DNA of 64,000 bases from a virus, in the IMG/VR virus record IMGVR_UViG_3300032287_003731, positions 32,954 through 96,953 of that record; one strand, given 5' to 3'. Below, piece by piece: positions 10,801-21,589 of this stretch (positions within the stretch are counted from its first letter, which is position 1; the number at the start of each line of letters is the position of its first letter). Made by a program: the position numbers and the translations under genes. Under the pieces are notes generated by a model. That model did not search any database. It had not been told where the DNA came from and saw only the letters and a program-made list of their open reading frames with translations.

Positions 10801-13112
10801 CATGGATTTGTTTTTATATATAATATACCTCCGGAAGTTCCTGAGCTTTGGTCAGATTGAATACTTGCTAATGCTTGGTTATTGTTACCTCCGTAATTGG
10901 TAGTTCCTACAGATATTTCGGAAGTTGTTGATCCGCCAGCATGTAGTATTGTTTGAGGGGCTGTAGTCCCAATACCTACGTTTCCTGCTGAAGATATAAC
11001 AGCTCTAACATTTTGATTACTTCCATCAACATCTGCAGTAACAAAAGATATCCCGTTATTTGTTACCCCCGCTACTCCAGATCTAATAATAGCATGACCA
11101 CCTTCGCTGTTTACTATACTAATCTGTGAAGTAGATGTTGATGCTGCACCTAATACTGTAAATTTAGAATATGGTGAAGTAGTTCCTATACCTACATTAG
11201 TACCTCCTACCGACAATACACTGTTATTGACAGTTAAACTACCTGTTACTCCTACCGATCCGGTAAATTGATGAGTATTACTTAACGTACTTCCAAATCG
11301 GGTAGAACCAGTTATGAAACTAACAGAAGATGTTACGGTCTGTACTACTAAGGTTTGAGCTGTGATGGTGCCGGTAACAGTAAGTGAACCGGTAATGATT
11401 GCGTTGCCATTTACGTCGAGTTTGGCGTTGGGAGTGGTTGTGCCGATACCTACATTACCGTTATAATCAATGTATAATCTAGAAGCTAAAGTATTTCCAG
11501 TAGATCCAGTAGCAAGTTGTATATTTAAAGAACTACCTCTCGTTGTATTAACCGAATCATCTCTAATCTGGTGTATAATTTTTCCTAAAGCTCTTTGAGT
11601 ACTATCGTTATACGTGGATCCTCTAAATACAATAGATTGTCCAAACCCATCAAATTCTGTTTGAGCTGTATTTTCAGACTCTATAACTAATACGTCTAAT
11701 GGAGTAGTTCTATCTGCCGTAGTAGTTCCAGCTAATCCTTTATATACATGCAATGAGGCAGTTGGAGAAGTAGTTCCTATACCTAGATTACCGCTACTCT
11801 GATACATAACACTACTGCTTAAGCTTGTAGCAGTATTCCAAAGAGGAATGTAACTAGCACCTCCTCCTAATACATTAGAAGCAGTACTAGCAAATGAAGC
11901 AGTTCCGAGCAATGATCCTGTTATACTACCTGCTGCTATTGATCCAGATAGTACTACTTCACCTGTAAATCTTGCAGAGCCGGATACGTCTAGGTTATAT
12001 AGAGGCAGTGGTTGATTAATGCCTACTCTTCCGTTTCCTACAGACCCTGAAAAGGGATTTCCTACTATACTTGAGTAAGAGCCTGTACCAAATATAAACC
12101 CTCCTATGTTAATACTGTTTTGTCTACCATCTTCAAGAGTAATGTTCGTACCTATGATGATGTTATTAGATTTTACTCCAAAAGATCCTCCCTGTACGTT
12201 ATATCCTGCTCTATATCCTAAAAACGTAGAGTAAGAAGCACTAGCTGCATACCACCCTGCGTAGCTTCCTATAAAATTAGAATTGTCTGCGTAAAAAGCT
12301 GCTTGTCCGGCTTCATACCCTATAAAATTAGAAGCACTGGCTTGGTTAGCCTGGTTTCCAGCTCTCAGACCTAAAAAGTTAGAGTTTTGAGCGTTTGATG
12401 CGGAATACCCGGCACTTCTTCCTAGAAAATTTGAACCGCTGGCATTTATTGCTTGGTAGCCTGCACTTTCGCCTAAAAAATTCGAATGTAGAGCGTTAGT
12501 GGAGTTACGTCCAGACTCTGCTCCTAAAAAATTCGAGTACGAAGCATTTGCAGCATCTCTACCTGCATTTTGTCCGAGGAAATTGGAGTAAGAGGCTCCA
12601 GGAGAAGTGTCCCCTGCGCTTCTCCCAAAAAAATTAGAGTAACTTGCGTTTGTAGAAAGGTATCCTGCAAATCTACCTAGGAAATTAGAGTATGTAGCGT
12701 TGGGGGCATTAAATCCGCTGTTCTGCCCTATGAACGTAGAAAAGGCTGCATTTGAGGAAGAGTATCCCGCGTTTGCTCCTAGAAAGTTGGAGTTGTTCGC
12801 AGAAGTGGCTTGAAATCCGGCTTGAAATCCTACGAAGTTTGAGTATGCTGCTGCTGTTGATCCGCTTCCAGCACTGCTACCTACTAACACTGAGAAGGTA
12901 GTTGAAAAATCTCCTACGTTTGTAGGAGTGTATACGGTAGATCCTGAAAGTGCTACAGGATACGAAGAGCTGATAGCATTCACCGTGTTGCTAGACCAAG
13001 AAGCGGTTCCGAACAGCGATGCTGTTACACCTTGGGTGACATTAAGTGAACCTGTAATTATTGAATTATTAAGGGCAATTATGCCGTTCCTTGCGACAAA
13101 TTCGTTTGGCAT
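7851..13112 (-). CDS. Long mosaic tail fibre (1753 aa) with GNVGIGTTxP modules and SNFLG..AG repeats
   Basis: About ten or more GNVGIG-type repeats; N-terminal ~15-aa beta-solenoid-like repeats; Gly/Ser/Thr rich. Confidence 0.85.
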   Translation of the reverse strand: MPNEFVARNGIIALNNSIITGSLNVTQGVTASLFGTASWSSNTVNAISSSYPVALSGSTVYTPTNVGDFSTTFSVLVGSSAGSGSTAAAYSNFVGFQAGFQATSANNSNFLGANAGYSSSNAAFSTFIGQNSGFNAPNATYSNFLGRFAGYLSTNASYSNFFGRSAGDTSPGASYSNFLGQNAGRDAANASYSNFLGAESGRNSTNALHSNFLGESAGYQAINASGSNFLGRSAGYSASNAQNSNFLGLRAGNQANQASASNFIGYEAGQAAFYADNSNFIGSYAGWYAASASYSTFLGYRAGYNVQGGSFGVKSNNIIIGTNITLEDGRQNSINIGGFIFGTGSYSSIVGNPFSGSVGNGRVGINQPLPLYNLDVSGSARFTGEVVLSGSIAAGSITGSLLGTASFASTASNVLGGGASYIPLWNTATSLSSSVMYQSSGNLGIGTTSPTASLHVYKGLAGTTTADRTTPLDVLVIESENTAQTEFDGFGQSIVFRGSTYNDSTQRALGKIIHQIRDDSVNTTRGSSLNIQLATGSTGNTLASRLYIDYNGNVGIGTTTPNAKLDVNGNAIITGSLTVTGTITAQTLVVQTVTSSVSFITGSTRFGSTLSNTHQFTGSVGVTGSLTVNNSVLSVGGTNVGIGTTSPYSKFTVLGAASTSTSQISIVNSEGGHAIIRSGVAGVTNNGISFVTADVDGSNQNVRAVISSAGNVGIGTTAPQTILHAGGSTTSEISVGTTNYGGNNNQALASIQSDQSSGTSGGILYIKTNPWNNSSGLGLYSPITRMTINELGNVGIGLTSPTARLHVTASTGGVLEVDGAGTAGANALYVSASGNVGLGINSPGAKLEIAYTTNPTTATPHIILSTGGTVKQAAITAESFAISGLVFSTGDGTLTDRMTILRTNGNVGIGTTSPDKKLRVTAGDIKISNNYKYIIGDTADADGITITSDGATNNMLIAQNNNAYIKVVTSGASGDIRFFPNAVEQVIFKASGNVGIGTTAPDSNLQVGSISTSGNRTIKITDSGYGLLLSGGGGPTSNYISSIGTTIPLYFLAGNSNDANYIFSSTGNVGVGLTNPTTKLHVSASTGGVLEVDGAGTAGANALYVSASGNVGVGTVSPANKLDINNANRTTLTSTGGGVNLNYNTSTIGEFATIGFSWESSNDRASRYGMGFTGTNFASGQGDLFLYTNGSRRLNITWDGNVGINTTTPTNTLDVNGTLNVRSNYAYFGGDANTAVYAGSFSNEGRIGVGGRSTIPTAALTFFTAEGTNNIERMRITSAGDVGIGTTTPSDKLGVVVDINAAAGINISNQNTGSSARTRLALETQGGNWYLDGVRTAGEFAITRGSTEVLRISGAGNVGIGTTSPNAKLDVSGSAIVSGSFTVSPSNAVELQVTSTGTKIGNIITDAHTITGSLGISGSAVVIGSLAIGTSSLGSTENTIVVGPPPAGGTGEGGQILLQAPGGSYTSASMIDNYQNRFRILRGTNASSDAEYFNLSLHSGQLGFSKYTGSGAFPGTAVANLAVDSSGNVITVATGGGGGSVTINNNTDNYLITATGTANTLNGEANLQFDGSTLTVTGSLTVITGSSIEFQVTNTGVRIGNIISDIHTITGSLNISGSVTGSLFGTASYATQALSASWAPGGGGGSAPTAVTFNRVTGSYTFALTDAGKTVEVSGSTNVSHSLTIPASSSVDFADGTYIDVILYGTGSILFATGSGVTIRSANSWNRIGTRYGAATLINISGNEWYLIGNINA
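9781..9863. repeat. ~83-bp direct repeat within fibre gene (second copy 10606..10688)
   Basis: Near-identical DNA (one mismatch seen) encoding ASTGGVLEVDGAGTAGANALYVSASGNV twice. Confidence 0.85.
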
Positions 13113-13162
13113 TATACTGGTTTCCTAGTTCACTTTCCCTAGGAGGGGGTTTATAATAAATA

Positions 13163-13345
13163 TTATACAAATAAAGCAGCTGAGACACGGTAGAGTCTAC
13201 CTGTTGGGTCTGCTGCTTGAAGTTCATCTGCTTTAGCTTGTGCTTCTGCTTCGTTATCGTATTCGTAAATGGGATCGTCTGGGTTTAGTTTGAGGACCCA
13301 TATTTGTGGATTGCCTGGAATAAATTCCATTTCTACTTTAAACAT
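13163..13345 (-). CDS. Hypothetical 60-aa protein
   Basis: ORF between two fibre genes with an A-rich start. Confidence 0.6.
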   Translation of the reverse strand: MFKVEMEFIPGNPQIWVLKLNPDDPIYEYDNEAEAQAKADELQAADPTGRLYRVSAALFV

Positions 13346-13357
13346 ATTATTTTATTT

Positions 13358-16300
13358 TTACATGAATATTGCTAGTGATTTAATTTTCCATCCTGAAGTA
13401 TTGGTTTGTACATTAAACTGTACATCACTTCCTGCAATAGAAACTGAAGAAGTTACAACTGCAGTATTACCTATATCTACAGTGGAATTATCGTAATACT
13501 GTACTGATGTACCATTCCAAGCTCCTACTACTTCACCTGCTCTTATATTACTACCACTTGATACTGTGTATTTGAAGAAAGCAGATGTATATGAACCTGT
13601 TGCTTGAGTAAATAGATTATTTGATCCTACTACTGATGATGCTACTGTAGCATAATCAGTGAGTGTAGAATCTATTGTGAGTTGATTTGCAACTGTGAAG
13701 TTGTTTGAGTATGATGATGTAGCTGCGAATGATGCGCTTGTTGCAAATGAAGCAGACACTGCATTTTGTGCTTGAGACGCTGATGTAGCAAACGAAGCAC
13801 TAACAGCATTTAATATATAACTTGCAGTAGTAGCAAATGAGGATGATACAGCATTTAAAACATATGAAGCACTAACTGCATTTAACACATAAGATGCTGT
13901 ATTAGCAAATGAAGCACTAATTGCGTTTAGTACATACGAAGCAGTTACAGCTTGAGACGCTGATATAGCAAACGAAGCACTAACTGCATTTTGTACAAAC
14001 GATGCTGTTAATGCATTAGATGCAGTTATTGCATTACTTGCCCATGATGCCGTCCCAAACAATGACCCTGTTATTCCAGCTCCAGTTACATTTAATGATC
14101 CAGTTATGCTTACACTACCAGTGAACTGGTGCGTGTTACTGAGTAATGTTCCAAAGCGAGTTGATCCTGTTACAAAGTCAATTGACGATGTTATGGTTTG
14201 TACTACTAAGGTTTGCGCTGTAAGTGTACCTGCTACGGTGAAATTATCAGCATATGATGCTGTAATTGCTCTTGTAGCGAACGAAGCACTGACTGCGTTT
14301 AGTATGTAGGATGCTGTTTGAGCGTTGGATGCTGATAGAGTATATGAAGCGCTCACTGCGTTAAGTATGTACGATGCTGTTACTGCATTTTGTGCTTGAG
14401 ATGCGCTTAACGCATAGCTAGCACTAACAGCATTTAAAATATATGATGCTGTACTAGCGAATGAAGCAGATACTGCATTCAATACATAACTTGCTGTTAC
14501 TGCATTTTGAGCTTGAGAAGCAGATAGACTATAAGAAGAAGATACTGCATTTAGTACGTAACTTGCTGTAACTGCATTCGCAGCTTGAGAAGCAGATAGA
14601 GCGTAGGACGCAGTAGTAGCAAAAGAAGAACTTACTGCATTTAATATATAGCTGGCTGTAGTAGCGTTTGAAGCAGACAAAGCATAAGAAGAAGAAACCG
14701 CATTTAATATGTAACTAGCTGTAACAGCATTACTTGCCCAGCTAGCAGTGCCTAAAAGAGATCCTGTAATATTAGGAGATACTAAAGACCCTGTTACAGT
14801 TAATCCGCTCTCGTACCTTCCGGAGCCAGACACATCTAAACTAAATAAAGGAAATGGCTGATTAATACCTATTCTACCATTTGCAGACCCAGAAAAGGCT
14901 ATATTAGATACAGTAGAGTAAGACCCTGTTCCAAAAAGTATTCCTCCTATATTAATCGCATCTTTTCTACCAGTATTAACAGTTATGTTTGTACCAATAA
15001 TAATATTATTGCTACCTATAAGATTTCCAATAGTATTAGCTCCTACGTTTTCTCCAATTAAAATAGAGTTATTTGCATTGGTTATTTGAAATCCCGATTG
15101 CCTTCCTATGCATACGCTTCCATTAGAAAAATTAGCAGCAGAACCAGCAGCTTGCCCTAAAAATACAGAACCGCTTGAAGCAAAAGAATCTCCTCCTGCA
15201 CCACTTCCTATGAATACGGCACTACTTGCAGATATTGCTCCTGTAGAAACTCCTATAAATACAGAATTTCCTACATTTGATTTATTACTAGCAGCAAAGG
15301 ATCCTATGGCAATTAAGTAAGAAGAGTTCGTTGTTCTCCATCCTGAGCGATACCCTAAAAGAATGCTGTTATCTGAATCAGATGAGCCACTTCCTGCCTC
15401 TCTTCCTAATATTACAGAATCTGTAGTACTAAAATTCCCTACATTTGTAACTGAGTATATAGTAGTCCCATTGACAGCAATAGGATAAGAAGAACTTATA
15501 GCATTTATTGCTGCAGAAGCAGATACTGCTCTTGAAGAGCTTACAGCAAAAGAAGAGGATAATGCATAGGAAGCGCTAACCGCATTCAGTATGTAACTAG
15601 CCGTTACTGCATTTTGTGCTTGAGAAGAAGATAGACTATAAGAAGAAGATACTGCATTTAATACATAACTAGCTGTAGTAGCAAACGAAGCACTTACTGC
15701 ATTTATTATGTAGCTTGCTGTTACAGCATTTTGTGCTTGAGATGCTGAAGTAGCTAATGAAGCACTAACTGCGTTTAGCACATACGAAGCAGTTGTTGCA
15801 TTTTGCGCTTGTGATGCACTAAGGGCATATGATGAACTAATAGCATTCAATATGTAAGATGCTGTAACGGCATTCTGCGCTTGAGAAGCAGATACAGCAT
15901 ATGAAGCACTTAAAATACTATTTTTACCATAAGGTCCATCAACGTTAGACGAACTAACATATGATGCTGTTTCTGCTGTAGCAGTAGCTACAGTGATATT
16001 GAATGTGCTACTATCACCTTTGGTAAATGTTATTGTTGAACCGGCAATAGATGCGGTAATTATACCTCGAAATGGTAGTGATGAAGTAGAAGCAAATGAA
16101 GCGCTTACTGCATTAAGTACATAGCTTGCTGTTTGTGCTTGGGAGGCACTTAAAGCATTAAGTACGTACGATGCCGTAGAAGCGAATGATGCAGAAGTAG
16201 CTGTTGTTGCTGTTGCTGCATTTCCACTAATAGAAGCACTAATAAATGATTTATTTTCCCATTTAGCAGCAGTTGTATCATAAACTAATGCTTGACCACT

Positions 16301-19300
16301 TAGAGGACCTGATATTAATACATCAGATAAACCGGATAGAGTTTGAGTTATTGTTGATCCTCCACCACCAGATCCTCCTACTGATCTAAATAAACCTCCT
16401 AGTTGAATAGCATATGAGTCAGTAACTGTAAAGTCAGCGTTATTTCTTACAACAATAGCTCCTAAATAGATTGCGTTTGCTGCAGTGTTTGGTGCTTCAA
16501 CAAACGATTCAAAAGCAATATTTGCTGTTGCATCTGTTAGACTTGCATATGTAGCATTACCATAATAAACGACTATAGCTTTAGCTACACTATTAGGGAA
16601 ATAGAATACTCTTTGAATAGAAAATTCTCTATTTGATCCTCCTCCTGGTACTGCTGTTAGTATGCCATTATCTGAATATCGTGTTGGATCTATGGCACCA
16701 TATCCTAAACCAGCATTTGTATCATATACCCAAGTAGAGCCTGATTGTCTGTATCTGAATATTTTAGATACATTAGTACCACTATCAGTGGCGTAGGATG
16801 GATTATTTGGATCTACAGGATAATTAGAACCAGGTGAGTAGGCAGTACCGCCTGCTACTATTAAACTACCTGTTGATGATCCACTAGGTGCTAAAGTATA
16901 TCCTGATAATTTTAAAGGTCCAAATGCTCTATTAAATATATTTTGTTGTTGTTCAAAACCATATGCTGTAGATGGTTGTGTTTTAACACCGTTAATTGTA
17001 GATCCATTTTGAAACAATACAATACCTATGTTAATTTCTGTATCAAACTGACCAGCAGCATATGGTGTACCTTGTTGGTAAATATTACCAGTTGAATCAA
17101 TAGATACAAACGCTTGTTGATATGATGCGGTAAGTGGTGCAATACTAGCCGATAAATTACCCCAATTTAAATACTGTATTGTTGGATATGGATTATCATT
17201 TAAACTAGCATTTAAGTTTACTATAATACCACTACCACTACCAATTTGATAAACAGTAGATGATTGAGTTGTAATTAAACCACCGTTTAATAAACCAGTA
17301 TATAAGTTACCTTCTAACCAACGTAAACGAGTTGTATTAGAATATCCTTTACTGTTTTGAGAGAAATATAAGTCTTGTGTAGAACCAGAAACATAAATGT
17401 AAGAGGCAGATATAGATGTATCTATATTTGTAGTTACAGGATCAAATCTGTGGTATCCAGTTTGTCTAATGTCACCATATATTTGTACTGATGCTGTTAA
17501 ATTACCAGGTCCTTGAGATCCTGAAATTATAATACTACCAGATAATATAGTATTGCCAATTAAGGTATTATTGCCTGTTTGAGTTGTAGATCCTGTTATA
17601 CTTAAACTACCAGTTAAAGTAGTAGAACCAATAAGTGTATTTGATCCAGTAGTAAATAAACTGCCCGTTACGGTTTGATTTCCTATAAACTTATTTGAAC
17701 CTGTAGTAGCAAAAATACCAGATGAAGTTCCATTTAATAAACCAGCATTTGAAGCATATGATGCGCTAACAGCATTTAATACATAAGATGCTGTTTGAGC
17801 ATTTTGAGCTTGAGATGCACTTAATGCATACGATGAGCTAATAGCATTTAATACATAGCTTGCAGTTACAGCATTTTGAGCTTGTGATGCAGATACAGCG
17901 TAAGAAGCACTAATAACATAAGATGCACTTATTGCATTTAGCACATATGATGCTGTTATAGCATTTTGTGCTTGAGATGCACTTAATGCGTATGATGAAC
18001 TTAGTATACTGTTTTTCCCATAAGGACCATCAACATTAGATGAAGTAACATATGATGCTGTTTCAGCAGTGGCTGTTGCTATAGTAACATTAAAAGTACT
18101 GCTATTACCTTTTGTAAATGTTATTGTTGAACCTACAACTGAAGCTGTTACTACACCTTCTAAAGGTAAAGATGAAGTTGAAGCATATGATGCACTAACA
18201 GCATTTAATATATATGATGCTGTAACTGCATTGTCTGCTTGTGACGCGCTTAATGCGTAAGATGCACTAATTGCATTTAACACATATGATGCTGTTACTG
18301 CATTTTGAGCTTGTGAAGCACTTAAAGAATAGGATGATGTAGTAGCAAATGATGAACTAACTGCATTTAACACATATGATGCTGTTACTGCATTTTGAGC
18401 TTGTGAAGCACTTATTGCGTATGATGCACTAACAGCATTCAATACATAACTAGCTGTTACAGCATCTTGTGCTTGAGATGCACTTATAGCGTATGATGAA
18501 CTTATAGCATTGTTAGCCCAACTAGCAGTTCCAAATAATGAACTTGTTATTCCAGCTCCAACTATATTTAAACTGCCTGTTATACTTACTGATCCAGTAA
18601 ATTGATGTGTATTTGATAATAAAGTACCAAAACGAGTAGAACCAGTAACAAAATCAACAGATGAAGTAATAGTTTGTACTACTATAGTTTGGGCAGTTAA
18701 TATATTTCTAACTGTAAAGTTATCGGCTGATGATGCTGTAGCAGCGAATGAAGCACTAACAGCATTGAGTACATAAGAGGCAGTTACTGCATTTTGTGCT
18801 TGTGAAGCGGATAAAGCGTATGATGCTGATGTAGCATTATTTGCCCATGATGCTGTTCCAAATAACGAACTAGTTATGTTAGTTATACTTAAACTACCTG
18901 TTGATATAATAGAACCGCTTGTGAATATAGAGCCAGTAAATGTTAAAGTACCAGCGTTTGAAACAAGTAGTGTTGCACCTGAACTTCCAGTTACTGTTAA
19001 TGATCCTGATATTACTACGGCTTGATTAAGCTGATTAACAGATGAAGCAGTAGAAGCGAATGATGCACTAATAGCATTTAGTACATATGAAGATGTAGTA
19101 GCGAACGATGCACTAACAGCGTTAAGTACATAGCTAGCAGTGGTAGCAAACGATGCACTAACAGCGTTAAGTACATATGATGCTGTTGTAGCGAGTGATG
19201 CTGTTACTGCTCTAGAAGCAGATGTAGCAAACGAAGCAGATACTGCATTTAATATATAACTAGCAGTTAATGCTTGTGATGCACTAACAGCCCATGATGC

Positions 19301-21547
19301 AGTCCCAAACAATGATCCTGTAAAGCCTAAACTTGCATTTACAGAACCAGTTACTATTAAACTCCCAGTTATTATTGCAGATCCAGTATATGGAAATCCT
19401 GATCCTTGAGCATTTAAAGCATAAGAAGCAGTTAATGCATAAGACGCGCTTAGCGCTTGTAAAGCATATGATGCTGTGGCGGGTACATTAGCAGCAAAAG
19501 ATGCTGTTAAAGCATTTATAGCCCAACTCGCAGTTCCAAATAAAGATCCAGTAATACCATTATTAACAGTTAAACTACCACTTATATCTAATGAACCAGA
19601 CATTTTATGCTGATTGTTAGGATTCAGTTGTAATTTATTATATGCTTCTACATCACTTCCCCCAACAAAGAAACCAACATGAGTATTATTATCATTAGCA
19701 TTACCAATATGTAAATTATTTGCTATTGAATATAGATAAGCATCATTAGCTTCACCAATAAAACCAGCACTATAGTTTTCACTATTAATACCCATATCAA
19801 CATAGTTACTAGACTCATTGCCGTTATTTGCAGTAGCAACTACATCGGAGGAAGCACTAACTCCTTGATTGGTATTTTGTATATTATTTTGTAGGTAGTT
19901 ATTTAAATTACCTTTACCTGTTAATACGTTTATTGATGTTGGATGCGTTTGAAACACATAAAGTGCTTCAGGATTAGCTGAGGTAATATTAGTTTCATTA
20001 ATAGCAATACTAGTTGTACTAAAACTATTGCTAACTTGAAACATGGTACTATTACCTAGTGTAGTATTTGTTTTAAAGAAAGGTATGTATGTGGCACTGC
20101 CGCCTAATATGTTAGAGGCAGTAGCAGCATTTATTGCATTTGAAGCAGATAAAGCCCAACTTGCTGTACCTTGTAATGAACCTGTACCTCTAAAATCAGT
20201 AGTTTTTAAAAATCCATTTACTGTTAAATCATTAATAGTCGTACCATTATAATTTACTAATATATAGTGACTTTCATCTTGACTAAGTAATACAACAGCT
20301 CCACTAACATTTGGTTTAAGAAATAAATCGTAGTTATTAACCGTATAAAGAGAACTACTATTTGCAAAATATATACTACCAGATATTCTTTGATTTCCTG
20401 ATATTTGTACTTCATTTCCTGCGGCGTATATAAGATTACTCCTATTATTATCATCAGTACCATTACCTATTATGAATGCGCTTTGTACTGAAGACGATAT
20501 ATTGTATTGGCCTTGTACGTGTTGATAGTTTCCTTTTGCTATTGTTCCTAATCCTTCTGCGTGTGAAGCGTTTCCAAAAGCTTTAGTACTTTCTCCCTCT
20601 GCGTGTGAAGCAATTCCTATTGCCTGTGTATTATCTCCTTCGGCATGCGAGTAGGATCCTGATGCTAAGGTAGAACTACCTTCTGCGTGTGAGCTCTGAC
20701 CCCTAGCTATTGATCCATAGCCTTCGGCATGTGAATAAGATCCTGATGTTATTGTTTCTTGACCTTCAGTATGTGAATAATTTCCTACTGCTTGTGTGTT
20801 ATCCCCTTCAGCATGTGAGTAGTCTCCTGTTGCTCTAGTAACACTTCCTTCAGCGTGTGAGTATTCTCCTGTTGCTATATTCCCCTCTAATCCTTGAATA
20901 AGAGAGCCTGTTATGGTTTGATTACCATTGAATTGATTTGAACCCGTAGTAGCAAAGGTAGAGCTATCTTTACCATCTAATAAATCTGAATTGAGAGAAT
21001 AAGATGAACTAATACTAAAACTAGCAGTCCCAAATAATGAACCAGTTATACCGCCTGTAGCTATTAAAGGACCATTGACAGTAAGAGAACCTGTTACTAC
21101 TTCTTGTGATGAAGTAATAACTTGTACTACTATTGTTTGTGCAGTAAGTGTGCCTCTAACAGTAAAATTATCAGCTGATGATGCGGTTACTGCATATGAA
21201 GCGGATATAGCATTTAAAACATAGGATGCTGTAGTGGCGTTTTGAGCTTGTGATGCACTTAACGCATATGACGCACTAATTGCATTTAAGACATAAGATG
21301 CTGTAGCAGCATAAGATGATGAGATTGCATTATTGGCCCAACTTGAAGTACCAAAAAACGAACCAGTAAAGCTACCTGATGTTCCAACACCTATAGCGAT
21401 TATTTCATCTCCATTAGAGCCAGATCGCTTCATGTATGCGATACCGTCATACGTGTTAAGCGCTATTTCTCCATAATCTAAAGAGGAAGTACTAGGAACT
21501 TTTCCGGGTATGCTACTGCGACGTAGCTTAAGTATTTGTTGAGCCAT
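13358..21547 (-). CDS. Giant fibre protein (2729 aa) with TASYVLNAxSAS repeats and YadA-head-like SHAEG repeats
   Basis: N-terminal LKLRRSS.PGKVP...GEIALNTYDG anchor typical of phage fibres; SHAEG x~8; dozens of Ser/Ala repeats. Confidence 0.85.
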   Translation of the reverse strand: MAQQILKLRRSSIPGKVPSTSSLDYGEIALNTYDGIAYMKRSGSNGDEIIAIGVGTSGSFTGSFFGTSSWANNAISSSYAATASYVLNAISASYALSASQAQNATTASYVLNAISASYAVTASSADNFTVRGTLTAQTIVVQVITSSQEVVTGSLTVNGPLIATGGITGSLFGTASFSISSSYSLNSDLLDGKDSSTFATTGSNQFNGNQTITGSLIQGLEGNIATGEYSHAEGSVTRATGDYSHAEGDNTQAVGNYSHTEGQETITSGSYSHAEGYGSIARGQSSHAEGSSTLASGSYSHAEGDNTQAIGIASHAEGESTKAFGNASHAEGLGTIAKGNYQHVQGQYNISSSVQSAFIIGNGTDDNNRSNLIYAAGNEVQISGNQRISGSIYFANSSSLYTVNNYDLFLKPNVSGAVVLLSQDESHYILVNYNGTTINDLTVNGFLKTTDFRGTGSLQGTASWALSASNAINAATASNILGGSATYIPFFKTNTTLGNSTMFQVSNSFSTTSIAINETNITSANPEALYVFQTHPTSINVLTGKGNLNNYLQNNIQNTNQGVSASSDVVATANNGNESSNYVDMGINSENYSAGFIGEANDAYLYSIANNLHIGNANDNNTHVGFFVGGSDVEAYNKLQLNPNNQHKMSGSLDISGSLTVNNGITGSLFGTASWAINALTASFAANVPATASYALQALSASYALTASYALNAQGSGFPYTGSAIITGSLIVTGSVNASLGFTGSLFGTASWAVSASQALTASYILNAVSASFATSASRAVTASLATTASYVLNAVSASFATTASYVLNAVSASFATTSSYVLNAISASFASTASSVNQLNQAVVISGSLTVTGSSGATLLVSNAGTLTFTGSIFTSGSIISTGSLSITNITSSLFGTASWANNATSASYALSASQAQNAVTASYVLNAVSASFAATASSADNFTVRNILTAQTIVVQTITSSVDFVTGSTRFGTLLSNTHQFTGSVSITGSLNIVGAGITSSLFGTASWANNAISSSYAISASQAQDAVTASYVLNAVSASYAISASQAQNAVTASYVLNAVSSSFATTSSYSLSASQAQNAVTASYVLNAISASYALSASQADNAVTASYILNAVSASYASTSSLPLEGVVTASVVGSTITFTKGNSSTFNVTIATATAETASYVTSSNVDGPYGKNSILSSSYALSASQAQNAITASYVLNAISASYVISASYAVSASQAQNAVTASYVLNAISSSYALSASQAQNAQTASYVLNAVSASYASNAGLLNGTSSGIFATTGSNKFIGNQTVTGSLFTTGSNTLIGSTTLTGSLSITGSTTQTGNNTLIGNTILSGSIIISGSQGPGNLTASVQIYGDIRQTGYHRFDPVTTNIDTSISASYIYVSGSTQDLYFSQNSKGYSNTTRLRWLEGNLYTGLLNGGLITTQSSTVYQIGSGSGIIVNLNASLNDNPYPTIQYLNWGNLSASIAPLTASYQQAFVSIDSTGNIYQQGTPYAAGQFDTEINIGIVLFQNGSTINGVKTQPSTAYGFEQQQNIFNRAFGPLKLSGYTLAPSGSSTGSLIVAGGTAYSPGSNYPVDPNNPSYATDSGTNVSKIFRYRQSGSTWVYDTNAGLGYGAIDPTRYSDNGILTAVPGGGSNREFSIQRVFYFPNSVAKAIVVYYGNATYASLTDATANIAFESFVEAPNTAANAIYLGAIVVRNNADFTVTDSYAIQLGGLFRSVGGSGGGGSTITQTLSGLSDVLISGPLSGQALVYDTTAAKWENKSFISASISGNAATATTATSASFASTASYVLNALSASQAQTASYVLNAVSASFASTSSLPFRGIITASIAGSTITFTKGDSSTFNITVATATAETASYVSSSNVDGPYGKNSILSASYAVSASQAQNAVTASYILNAISSSYALSASQAQNATTASYVLNAVSASLATSASQAQNAVTASYIINAVSASFATTASYVLNAVSSSYSLSSSQAQNAVTASYILNAVSASYALSSSFAVSSSRAVSASAAINAISSSYPIAVNGTTIYSVTNVGNFSTTDSVILGREAGSGSSDSDNSILLGYRSGWRTTNSSYLIAIGSFAASNKSNVGNSVFIGVSTGAISASSAVFIGSGAGGDSFASSGSVFLGQAAGSAANFSNGSVCIGRQSGFQITNANNSILIGENVGANTIGNLIGSNNIIIGTNITVNTGRKDAINIGGILFGTGSYSTVSNIAFSGSANGRIGINQPFPLFSLDVSGSGRYESGLTVTGSLVSPNITGSLLGTASWASNAVTASYILNAVSSSYALSASNATTASYILNAVSSSFATTASYALSASQAANAVTASYVLNAVSSSYSLSASQAQNAVTASYVLNAVSASFASTASYILNAVSASYALSASQAQNAVTASYILNAVSASYTLSASNAQTASYILNAVSASFATRAITASYADNFTVAGTLTAQTLVVQTITSSIDFVTGSTRFGTLLSNTHQFTGSVSITGSLNVTGAGITGSLFGTASWASNAITASNALTASFVQNAVSASFAISASQAVTASYVLNAISASFANTASYVLNAVSASYVLNAVSSSFATTASYILNAVSASFATSASQAQNAVSASFATSASFAATSSYSNNFTVANQLTIDSTLTDYATVASSVVGSNNLFTQATGSYTSAFFKYTVSSGSNIRAGEVVGAWNGTSVQYYDNSTVDIGNTAVVTSSVSIAGSDVQFNVQTNTSGWKIKSLAIFM

Positions 21548-21589
21548 ATCTATGGTATTCTAAAGCCTATGTAGGCAACAATAAATATG

